Source of the DNA: Isurus oxyrinchus | Taxonomy: Eukaryota | Direction: 5' to 3' | Length of the DNA: 64,000 nucleotides | Assembly: GCA_026770705.1 (NCBI GenBank) | Contig: JANJGN010000016.1 | Location: 87,110,001-87,174,000 of the forward strand | Shown here: one piece after another, positions 51,101-62,500 of the stretch | How the letters are laid out: each line of letters begins with the position of its first letter | How positions within the stretch are numbered: the first letter of the stretch is position 1 | Program-made: the position numbers and the translations under genes | The notes under the pieces: model-generated | What the model saw: only the letters and a program-made list of their open reading frames with translations | Told to the model about the DNA's origin: nothing | The model's database searches: none

Positions 51101-51198
51101 TCTATCCCTCTATCTCCCAAAACCCCCAACTCTATCTCTGTATTTCTGTTGTTCTCCCTCTCTGCTTTTTCACTGTCTGGTCCCGTTTTCTCTCTCTC

Positions 51199-51363
51199 NN
51201 NNNNNNNNNNNNNNNNNNNNNNNNNNNNNNNNNNNNNNNNNNNNNNNNNNNNNNNNNNNNNNNNNNNNNNNNNNNNNNNNNNNNNNNNNNNNNNNNNNNN
51301 NNNNNNNNNNNNNNNNNNNNNNNNNNNNNNNNNNNNNNNNNNNNNNNNNNNNNNNNNNNNNNN
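51199..51363. other. Assembly gap (165 N)
   Basis: Run of N. Confidence 1.
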
Positions 51364-52035
51364 CCCTCACCACCTTTTCCATCTCTCTCTGCCTCCCCAT
51401 CTCTCTCTCCCACCCTCCATCGTTCTGGAATTCTCTAACTGACTCTATAACAGGCGTTATTACTGGAGGTTGGAACACTTTGAGTCCTGGTGCAGCAGTT
51501 AAATGTTCCCTCTCTCTCTCACTCAGTCTCACAGTCTCCACCTCGCTCTCTCTTTCCCACAGTCTCCCAGGGGGAACGCAGTGAAATGAAGGGTAAAACT
51601 CCCTCTGCTCTGCCCCACCAATGGATGTGAACCCTTGACCCCAGAAGCATGTCTTCTCCTGGAGTAAGGCCCCAATCCCCACATTGACCATGCTTTGGCC
51701 TCTCTCAGTCAGACTGACAGATTATTGTCAAATTAAGGGCAGTTCTGTGCTGTTGGCCAATTCTCACTGGGGACTGGTTTGGACACAAACCTCATTTCAT
51801 GAAGGCCCAGCAGAGAGAGGAGACCCTCACCCCATCAGTGTGAGCTGGAGGGACAGGGCAGAGTCTGACCCACTGAGCCATCCTGTCCATTCAGAACCAT
51901 GTTTGAATCCCTTCCCATCTCCCTCCCTACCATGGTCAGGCTCCGGGTCAGTGTGTTTTACTGGGATGAGGGGTGGACGATCACACATTTACAACAGAAA
52001 GGAACTGTCCTCCACATCGACCACGCTGTCCATGT

Positions 52036-52300
52036 CCCACTGGACCCTCCAATAGGGACCAGTAAACATGGGCCTCCTTCCCACTGGACCCTCCAATAGA
52101 GACCAGTAAACATGGGCCTCCTTCCCACTGGACCCTCCAATAGAGACCAGTAAACATGGCCCTCCTTCCCATTGAGCCCTCCAATAGAGACCAGTAAACA
52201 TGGGCCTCCTTCCCACTGGACCCTCCAATAGGGACCAGTAAACATGGGCCTCCTTCCCAAAGTATCCTCCAATAGGGACCAGTAAACATGGGCCTCCAGA
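52036..52300. repeat. 44-bp tandem repeat, ~6 copies
   Basis: CCCACTGGACCCTCCAATAGGGACCAGTAAACATGGGCCTCCTT at 52036, 52080... Confidence 0.92.
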
Positions 52301-52344
52301 CTGCTGGACCTCCAGTGGCTGAGTTTCAAACACCACATCGTCTC

Positions 52345-54698
52345 CATCACGGCTGCTGGACATTCTTAATGGGAGAGGGTGAATTGCCAGAATTTGTGGT
52401 TCACATTGTTTCCAATGACATTGTTCGAAAGAGAGATGAGGCACTGAAAGCAAATTTCACGGAGCTAAGTGAGTCATTAAAACGCAAGAGTTCAGAGGGA
52501 GTAATCTCCCGGTTAATGCCAGTGCCATGAGCTAGTGAGCATAGAGAAAGGAGGCTGGAGCTGATGAGTACGTGGCTGGAGAGACAGTGTAGGAGGGATG
52601 GGTTCAGTTTCCTGGGACATTGGGACTGGTTCTACAGGAGGTGGGACCTGTACAAGCCGGATGGTTTGCACCTCAATGGGCCTGGGTCCAATATCCTTGG
52701 GGGAGGTTTGCTCGTGCTGTTGGGGGGTTTAAACTCGTTTGGCAGGGGGATGGGAACCTGAGGGTCGACTCAGATGGGGCAACATCAGAGCTGTAATGGA
52801 GGGCAGAAAATCAGAAGGAGTCTGGAAGACAGAGGAAACAAAAGATAGAAAATAACAAAGAGAGTTGGACTTGCTACATACGACATACAGAGGAGCTGAG
52901 GGCACAGATAGCAGTGTGATATTATAGCGATTACAGAAACATGACTGAAAGAGGGACAGGAATAGCAGCTCAACATTCCTGGTTACAGGGTTGTTAGGTG
53001 AGATAGAGGGGGGGATAAAAACCGAGGTGGGATGGCAATTTTGGCAAGTGCAGCCGCAAGGAGCAAAGATATGTTAGAAGGATCATCATTTGAGGCCATG
53101 TGGATTGAGCTTAGGAACAAAAAGGGGCAGACACAGAACTGGGAGTGAACTATATACCCCCAAACAGTCAGAGGCAGATAGAAGAGCAAATATGTAGGCA
53201 AATCTCTGAGAAGTGCAAAAACAATTGGGCAGTAATATTAGGAGATTTAATCAATCCCAATATTAACTGGGATAGTTTTAGTGTGAAAGGAATGGAGGCA
53301 CCCGAATTCTTAATGTGAATTCAGGAGAGCTTTTTTCAGCCAGTATGGAGCAAGTCCAACAGGACAGGGTACAGTTCTGGACTCAGTTTCAGGCAATGAA
53401 GCTGGGCAAGTGGAAGGAATGACAGTGTGGGAGCATTTTGATGATAGTGATCATAATTCAGATAGTTTTAACATAAATATGGAAAAGGACAAAGATAAAA
53501 CCAGTAGTTAAATTTCTAAATGGAGGCAAGGTCAATTTTACAGCTGAGGAGTGATTTAGCAAAAGTGGACAGGAAACAGTTACTTGAAGGTGAATCAGTG
53601 CCGGAGCAGTGGGAGGGAATCAAAGGGGAGATTTGAGGGGCTCAGAGTAAACATGTTCACACAAAGAAAATGGGGGGATGGCCAAATCTAGAGCCCCTTG
53701 GATTTCAAGGAGCTTACAGGGTAAGAAATGTCAGAAAAGGAAAGGTTATGTCTGACACCAGGAGTTCAATACTGCAGAACCAGGGAGGAAATTGCAGAGG
53801 GTCTGATACTCATTTTCCAATCCTCACAGGATACAGGTGAGGGGCCGGAGGATTGGAGGTCTGATAATGTTGCACCTTTGATTAAAAAGGGAGCGAGGGA
53901 TAGACCGAATAATTACAGACCAGTCAGTCCATAGTGACTGTAGTCTTAGGGAATGTAGTGACTGTAGCTTTAAGACTTATTGTGCTGTGTAGTATCATGT
54001 GACAGTGTGAATGAATCAGTCTAAGCACGGGGAACCTTCGTGGGACAGGGGGTGGGGAGGTGGTAATTTTTTGTGTTTAGTTGTGGATGTGATGGAAAAG
54101 TGTAACGGCTGATGAAGCCCTGCAAATAAAGTTCACTCTTTCTTATGAGAAACCTGTCTGGAAAATCAAGTCTGTAAACAGCCTGAGCTCAGTCGTAGGC
54201 AAATAATTGGAATAAATTCTGTAGACAGGATAAACTGGCACTTAGAAAGGCAGTGATTAACCAAGGACATCAGCATGGATTTGATGAGGGAAGGTCATGC
54301 CTGAATAATCTGTTGAATTTTTTGAGGAAGCAACAAGGAGGATTGATGAGGGTAGAGTAGTCACTGTGGTCTACATGGATTTAAACAAGGTTGTTGAAAT
54401 ATAAGAGCATGGGGCTTATTCTGGAACTGTATAAATCATTAGTTAAATTTATAGTGACTGGGAGAAAGATTAGATGGGAGATGAGGCTCTGGAACTCAGG
54501 GCCTGAAAGGGTCACAGAGGCAGGAACCCTCATCCCATTTAAAAGGTGTCTGGGTATGAACCTCAAGAGCCTTAACCTGGAGGACTACAGACCAAATGCC
54601 GGAAAGTGGGATTCGGCCAGACGGCTCGTATTTCAGTGGCACAGACATGATGGGCCGAGTGGTCTCTTTCTGTGCCAGAAACTTTCTATGATTTTATG
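52345..54698 (+). mobile_element. Decayed CR1 LINE: ORF1 esterase (SGNH) domain, ORF2 endonuclease/RT remnants and 3' tail
   Basis: VVHIVSNDI, GFSFLGHWDWF, DLYKPDGLHLN (ORF1); DIIAITET, PEDWRSDNVAPLIKKGARDRPNNYRPVS (ORF2); TTTCTATGATTTTATG tail at ~54690. Many stops and deletions. Confidence 0.9.
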
Positions 54699-55334
54699 TG
54701 GGCATCTCATTTCCATCCCCACAATATTGTCCGTCTCTACACTTCATCAGCCCCTAGACCACAGAAACCCTTTTCCCTGCTTGTCTTGCCTCCTGACTGC
54801 ATTATTCTAATGTCCTCTCCTGGCATCCTTCATCCACGCTCCATAACCCCCAAATTGCCCAAAGTGCAGAGTTCCATACACTGTCCCACACCAAGTGTTG
54901 TTCCAGCACTAGCACTGACATCACTGACCTGCCTGGCCTCACTGACCTGTTACCCATGAACTCACTGACCTGTTACCCCTCACCTTATTGACCTGCTCCA
55001 CTATGGGGACAGAGAGGGGGAGTGGGTCTCACTGGGTAACTCACAGACAGGATGGGCTGAATGGCCTCCTTCTGTGCTGTAAGATTCTAGGTAGTGGACA
55101 CGGTTCACAGTTTTCTCCCGTGTCAGTAACAAACATCCAGCTGCTCTGAGCTCCTTCTTTCACTTCCTCTCTTGGTTACGTTTCAGTCTTGCGATCGGAC
55201 AGTCTTTGCAGTTATTTTTTACACTGGGGGTTTCTGCTGTGGTCTGAATCTGTAATAATAACTGTCCGATCAGTGAAAAGAACAGCAGCTAAGAGCAGTC
55301 AGGACTGAGGAGGCAGGCTCACTGGGAAACACAT

Positions 55335-55480
55335 TGGGAAGATCAAAGCCATCGTCTTCAGCTCCCGATACAAACTCCATCCCTCTCCCTGAGCACTGTC
55401 TGCTGCTGAACCAGACTCTTCACAACCTTGGCCTCATCTTTCACCCCGATCTGACCCCCAAATCCTCCACATCACAAAGA
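55335..55480 (+). mobile_element. Small L2 LINE fragment
   Basis: IGKIKAIVFS...LNQTLHNLGLIFHP resembles the L2 ORF2 C-terminus and the reverse of 35580-35740. Confidence 0.6.
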
Positions 55481-55947
55481 TCAGCCACTTGCCCCGATAA
55501 CTGGAATGTGCTGACTACACAGAAGGAGCGGTTTAACAAACAGGGAGGAGAAGAGTCAAAGACTTGGGGAGAGTAGAGACGGATGAGGGAAGGGACAGAT
55601 AGGTGACTGACACAATTCAATGCAGAGGAGTTTGAGATGATGGGTTTGAGGGGGAAAAGTAGTGAAAAGATGGTGAAGGATGTGTAGAAGCAGAGAGAGC
55701 TTGGCTCCAATTCCATCATTCCCTGAAAGTGGAAGTGCAGATTGATAAAGCCTTGAATTAAAATGATCAACAGCGTTAGGAATGGACAAACTACAGAGAG
55801 TAGAAATGGGAAATCCAAACAGAGAATTCACTAACCATTCAGCAGCCTGTGGGGAATGAAAGTGTGGGTTGTAGTTCAAACTGCAGTTAATAAACAGGTG
55901 AATCTGTGGAGAATACAGGACGATGGGGAGAGAGCAGGGGAGTGGGA

Positions 55948-56870
55948 TTAGGAATATAGGAACAGGAGGAGGCCATGCAGCCCCTCGAGCCTGTCCCACC
56001 ATTCAATTAGATCATGGCTGATCTGTATCTTAACTCCATTTCTCCAGCTTGCCCCATAACCCTCAATCCCCTTGTGTAAGAAAAACCTAACAAGCTCAGG
56101 TTTAACATTTTCATGTGACCGCCCTCTCCCAGCCCCAACAGCATTTTTTCTCAGGGGGAGAGAGTTCCAGATTTCCACTCCCCTTCCAGTGAAGAATTGC
56201 TTCCTGACATCACCCCTGAACGGCCGAGCTCGAATTTGAAGATTCTGCCCCCTCGTTCTCGACTCCCCCACCAGAGGACATGGTTTCTCTCCGTCTACAC
56301 TAATCAGATTGAGTTTTTATTCATCTTAAACACCTCAATTAGATCTCAGTTCAAGACAATCCAAGCTGAGTTTATACAATCTGCCCCGATAACTTAACCC
56401 TTTTAACCCCGGGATCATTCAGGTGAATCTGAGCTGTGCCCTCTCCATGGTCAATATATCCTTCCTGAGGTGCGGTGCCCACAACTGATAAATATTGTGG
56501 AAAGCTGAGGCTCCAGCACAGATCCCTGGGGACATCACTATTCACATCTTGCTCATTGGAGCACATACACATTATCCCCACTCTCTGTCTCCTGCCTCCT
56601 AACCAGTTCCTCATCCATGGCAACAGGTTTCCTCAAATTCCATCTGCTTCCATTTTTATTCACAGTCTCTCATGTTGAATTTTCTCAAATGTCTTCTGGA
56701 AATCCATATCAATCACTTCCATATACATTCCCGAATCTACCACATTAGTGACCTCCTTAAAAAATGTAACCAGGTTAGTTAAAGATGTCTGATCCTTTTT
56801 AAATCCATGCTGACTCTCTCTGATCAGTTCATATTTATCACTCATTCTGTCTCTAATAACAGGTTCCAGT
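55948..56870 (-). mobile_element. CR1 LINE 3' fragment
   Basis: SQHGFKKDQTSLTNLVTFFKEVT...MDFQKTFEKI; SRTRGQNLQIRARPFRGDVRKQFFTGRGVEIWNSLP; CR1 3' UTR. Confidence 0.88.
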
Positions 56871-57138
56871 CACTTCCCCATTACAGACATTAAACTGAGA
56901 GGTTAGTTCTGAATGATCCGAGTGCACAGCTAGCACAGACACAAGGGGCTGAATGGCCTCCTCCTGTGCTAGAGGCTTATCAGGCTCCTTGACTGAAACA
57001 TATGGATGGGAACAGGAGGTGGGCTGGAGCTTAAACAATGAGTTAAATGTAGACAGAGTGTCATTAGTGGGTAATGTACAGTGTACATTGTGTCCATGAG
57101 CCTCTCGAAAAGATATCTTTCTCTTTTTCCCTTTTCAG

Positions 57139-57229
57139 CTCCAGGCCTCTCATTAAGGAGCTGAAAGAATATTTAGTGAAGAAGTTTGCGGAGTGTGCGG
57201 GCTGTGTGAAGGATTTCGGCAGTGACTGA
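57139..57229 (+). CDS. Possible isolated terminal exon of an unidentified gene (SRPLIKELKEYLVKKFAECAGCVKDFGSD*)
   Basis: Strong acceptor CTTTCTCTTTTTCCCTTTTCAG, protein-like 29-codon frame, TGATGA, ATTAAA at 57472-57477. No upstream exons identified. Confidence 0.35.
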
Positions 57230-57519
57230 TGATTGCAGCTCCTTGTTCAGTCTGCTCCTCCCTCACCACTGATCAAGACATGTAACCTCGTGTCACACTG
57301 AGTGAGATTACAATCAATATCATAGCGTCAGTCACAGAAAACAACAGCATCACAGTCTGAGACACTGGGACAGATATCACTGCGTCACGTCAAAGAACAG
57401 AGCCCTGATCCCCTCCCACCATGCTCAGAAACCATAGAGCATCGAAAATATACTGACAAACACCCCCTTATATTAAACACTCACACCCAGAGAACATCTA
57501 CAGAGGGACAAGGCAGGAT

Positions 57520-57920
57520 AGAGATTGAGAGAGAGTGAGAGAGAGAGAGGGGGAGAGAGAGAGAGAGAGAGTGAGAGAGAGACAGGGAGATGGAGAGAGA
57601 GGCAGAGAGATAGAGAGAGAGAGGGTGAGATGGAGAGTTAGGTATAGAGGGAGAGCGACATAGAGAGTTTGAGAGAGAGAGAGAGTGAGAAGAGACAGGG
57701 AGATGGAGACAGAGGCAGAGAGAGGCAGAGAGAGAGAGGGAGTGTGAGATGGAGAGTTAGGTATAGAGGGAAAGCGACATAGAGTGTTTGTGACAGAGAG
57801 AGTGAGAGAGAGAGTGGGAGAGAGAGAGTGAGAGACAGGGATGGGTTAGTGTGAGAGAGAGAGAGAGAGAGGGAGAGAGAGAGTGAGAGAGAGGGATGGG
57901 TTAGTGTGAGAGAGAAAGAC
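57520..57920. repeat. Imperfect (GA)n-rich microsatellite
   Basis: Directly visible. Confidence 0.9.
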
Positions 57921-58357
57921 TCTGTGTCAGCTCCTGTACCTGCCTGAGTGAAGAAGTCTTATTATAATTCTATCGGACCTCGGTGAGACCACACCTGGAT
58001 TACTGTGTACAGATTGACAGGGTAGACAGTGACAGGGTGAGACTGGCATCTTCCCTCACTGAGTCCCTTGTGTTTTCTATCAATCCAGCAGGATTTATGG
58101 ACAATTTCTACAGCCAGAAAACAAATGATCAGATTTATCCAATTCCATTTCACTAACTCCCATCCTGGGGTTTGAACTCATCCCCTCTGGGTTACTGGCT
58201 CAATCCCATTCCCTACAGGGAAGAAGTGGTGGTGTGGATTGAGAGAGGCTGCAAGGCAGGGAGCAAGGGGACTGCATTAACCAGGGATCCACAGAGCAAC
58301 AGGTTAGTCTGCACCAAACTGCAGCACAGGTGGTGAGAATGGACAGTAACCTCGTTC

Positions 58358-58865
58358 CACCTGATCTCCATCCCTCCCTCTGAGTGTCCCACCTTCCTCT
58401 CAGATACACACCTCCCTGATCTCCATCCCTCCCTCTGAGTGTCCCACCTTCCCCTCAGATACACACCTCCCTGATCTCCATCCCTCCCTCTGAGTGTCCG
58501 AACTTCCTCTCAGTTAGACACCTCCCTGATCTCCATCCCTCCCTCTGAGTGTCCAACCTTCCTCTCAGATACACACCTCCCTGATCTCCATCCCTCCCTC
58601 TGAGTGTCCAATCTTCCTCTCAGTTACAGACCTCCCTGATCTCCATCCCTCCCTCTGAGTGTTTGACCTTCCTCTCAGATACACACCTCCCTGATCTCCA
58701 TCCCTCCCTCTGAGTGTCCCACCTTCCTCTCAGATACACACCTCCATGATCTCCATCCCTCCCTCTGAGTGTCCCACCTTCCTCTCAGATACACACCTCC
58801 CTGATCTCCATCCCTCCTTATGAGTGTCCGATCTTCCTCTCAGATACACAACTCTCTGATCTCTA
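58358..58865. repeat. 55-bp tandem repeat, ~9 copies
   Basis: CCCTGATCTCCATCCCTCCCTCTGAGTGTCCCACCTTCCTCTCAGATACACACCT (CTGAT at 58361, 58416...). Confidence 0.93.
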
Positions 58866-59514
58866 TCCGTCTCTCGATCTGACCTCAATCCCTATCTCTA
58901 TCTGACCTCCATCCCTCTCTCTCTCTGACCTCCATCCCTTCTCTATTTGGCGTCCACCCCTCCCTCTAATGAACCTCCATCCCTCTCTCTATCTATCCTC
59001 CATCCCTCTCTCTAGTTGAGCTGCTGACGCTCAGATCTGACACAATTACAGTTAATCCCGTTATGAACAGTGTCGGCCTATTTGGAATGTCAGTTTGATG
59101 AAGTCAGTTTGAGCCATTACTCCAAGGACATCACAGATGGTTTGTACATAGGGGAACCCACAAACCAGAGAATTGTGTCAGTAAACACAGAGAGAATGAA
59201 AGATACAATTAAAACTTTATTAATATGGTTATCAGAGCTGTGTCACTACATAGTTAAAATGTTAGTGATGATATATCCTGCGGAGTAATATATAGAGAAG
59301 CCTGAGTAATAAATAATATATATCATTTCATGTTACATAATATATTACAATAATATATTACAATTATATATTGTCTATATACAGTAATATATGCAGATCA
59401 GATAATTGTGCCAATGTATAAAGATCTAAAAAATGCAACAATAAAAGTTTTGGAATATGATGTTCAGCAAAATGTCATTTTTATAGTTTAACAATGGTTA
59501 CTTATTGGTGAAGA

Positions 59515-62500
59515 TTTACTTCACAATCCAGTCTATGTACTCTGGTAAATCACACTTCACAATCCAGTCTGTGTACTCAGCTACATCACACTTCACAATT
59601 CAGTCTGTGTACTCAGGTACATCACACTTCACAATCCAGTCTGTGTACTCAGGTACATCACACTTCACAATCCAGTCTGTGTACTCAGGTACATCACACA
59701 TCACATTCCAATCTGTGTACTCAGGTACATCACACTTCACAATCCAGTCTGTGTACTCAGGTACATCACACTTCACAATCCAGTCTGTGAACTCAGGTAC
59801 ATCACACTTCACAATCCAGTCTGTGAACTCAGGTACATCACACTTCACAATCCAGTCTGTGTACTCAGGTACAACACACTTCAGAATCCAGTCTGTGTAC
59901 TCAGGTACATCACACTTCACAATCCAGGCAGTGTAGTCACGTATAACACACTTCATAATCCAGTCAGTGTACTCAGGTAAATCACACTTCACAATCCAGT
60001 CTGTGGATTCATATATACCACACTTCACAATCCAGTCTGTGTACTCAGGCACGTCAAACTTCACAATCCAGTCTGTGTACTCAGGCACGTCACACTTCAC
60101 AATCCAGTCTGTGTACTGATGTACACCACACTTCACATTCCGGTCTGTGTATTCAGGTACATCAAACTTCACAATCCTGTCTGTGAACGCAGGTAAATCA
60201 CACTTCACAATCCACTCTGTGTATTCAGGTACATTACACTTCAGAATCAAGTCTGTGTACTCAGGTACACGACACTTCACAATCCAGTCTGTGTACTCAG
60301 GTACATCACACTTCACAATCCTGTCTGTGCACTCATGTACATCACACTTCACATTCAAGTCTGTGTACTCAGGTACATCGGATTTCACCATCCAGTCTCT
60401 GTACTCAGGTACATCACACTTCACAATTCAGTCTGTGTACTCAGGTACATCACATTTCACAATAAAGGCCGTGTACTCAGGTACATCACACTTCACAATC
60501 CTGTCTGCGTACTGTGGTACATCACACTTCACAATCCTGTCTGCGAACTGAGGTACATCACACTTCACATTCCAGTCTGTGTACTCAGGTACATCACATT
60601 TCACAATCCAGTCTGTGTACTCAGGTACCTCACACTTCACAATCAAGTCTGTGTACTGAGGTACACCACACATCAGAATCCAGTCTGTGTACTCAGGAGC
60701 ATCAAACTTCACAACCCAGTCTGTGTACTCAGGTACATCACACTTCACAATCCAGTCTGTGTACTCAGGTACATCACACTTCACAATCCAGTCTGTGTAC
60801 TCAAGTACATCACACTTCACAGTCCAGTCTGTGTACTCAGGTACATCACATTTCACAATCCAGTGTGTGTACTCAGGTACATCACATTTCATAATCCAGT
60901 CTCTGTACTCAGGTACATCACATTTCACAATCCAGTCTGAGTACTCAGGCACGTCACACTTCACAATCCAGTCTGTGTACTAATGTACACCACACTTCAC
61001 ATTCCTGTCTGTGTATTCAGGTAAATCACACTTCACAATCCTGTCTGTGAACTCAGGTACATCAAACTTCACAATCCAGTCTGTGTATTCAGGTACATTA
61101 CACTTCAGAATCAAGTCTGTGTACTCAGGTACACGACACTTCAAAATCCAGTCTGTTTACTCAGGTACATCACACTTCACAATGCTGTCTGTGCAGTCAT
61201 GTACATCACACTTCACATTCAAGTCTGTGTACTCAGGTGCATCGCATTTCACCATCTAGTCTCTGTGCTCAGGTACATCACACTTCACAATCCAGTCTGT
61301 GTACTCAGGTACATCACATTTCATAATCCAGTCTGCGTACTCAGGTACATCACACTTCACAATCCAGTCTGTGTACTCAGGTACATCACACTTCACAATC
61401 CAGTCTGTGTACTCAGGTACATCACACTTCACAATTCAGTCTGTGTACTCAGGTACATCACACTTCACAATACAGTCTGTGTAGTCAGGTATATCACACA
61501 TCACAATCCAGTCTGTGTACTCAGGTACATCACACTTCACAATTCAGTCTGTGTACTCAGGTACATCACACTTCACAATCCTGTCTGTGTACTCAGGTAC
61601 ATCACACTTCACAATCCAGTCTGTGTACTCAGGTACATCACACTTCACAATCCAGTCTGTGTACTCAGGTACATCACATTTCATAATCCAGTCTGTACTC
61701 AGGTACATCACACTTCACAATCCAGTCTGTGTACTCAGGTACATCACACTTCACAATCCAGTCTGTGTACTCAGGCACATCACACTTCACAGTCCAGTTT
61801 GTGTACTCAGGTACATCACATTTCACAATCCAGTGTGTGTACTCAGGTACATCACATTTCACAATCCAGTCTCTGTACTCAGGTACATCACATTTCACAA
61901 TCCAGTCTGAGTACTCAGGCACTTCACACTTCACAATCCAGTCTGTGTACTAATGTACACCACACTTCACATTCCTGTCTGTGTATTCAGGTACATCACA
62001 CTTCACAATCCTGTCTGTGAACTCAGGTACATCAAACTTCACAATCCAGTCTGTGTATTCAGGTACATTACACTTCAGAATCAAGTCTGTGTACTCAGGT
62101 ACACGACACTTCACAATCCAGTCTGTTTAATCAGGTACATCACACTTCGCAATGCTGTCTGTGCAGTCATGTACATCACACTTCACATTCAAGTCTGTGT
62201 ACTCAGGTGCATCGCATTTCACCAACTAGTCTCTGTGCTCAGGTACATCACACTTCGAATTTCAGTCTGTGTACTCAGGTACATCACATTTCACAATCCT
62301 GTCTGTGTACTGAGGTACATCACACTTCACAATCCAGTCTGCGTACTGAGGTACATCACACCTCACATTCCAGTCTGTGTACTCAGGTCCATCACACTTC
62401 ACAATCAAGTCTGTGTACTGAGGTACACCACACTTCACAATTCAGTCTGTGTACTCAGGTACATCACACTTCACAATACAGTCTGTGTACTCAGGTACAT

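Noticed and set aside
47243-51442. 1399-aa and 1304-aa Ser/Leu/Cys ORFs
   Set aside because: Stop-free CT minisatellite plus read-through of an N gap.
51620-51650. FWGQG motif resembling an IgH J segment (minus strand)
   Set aside because: Not followed by T-x-V-T-V, no adjacent RSS and no splice donor at the expected position.
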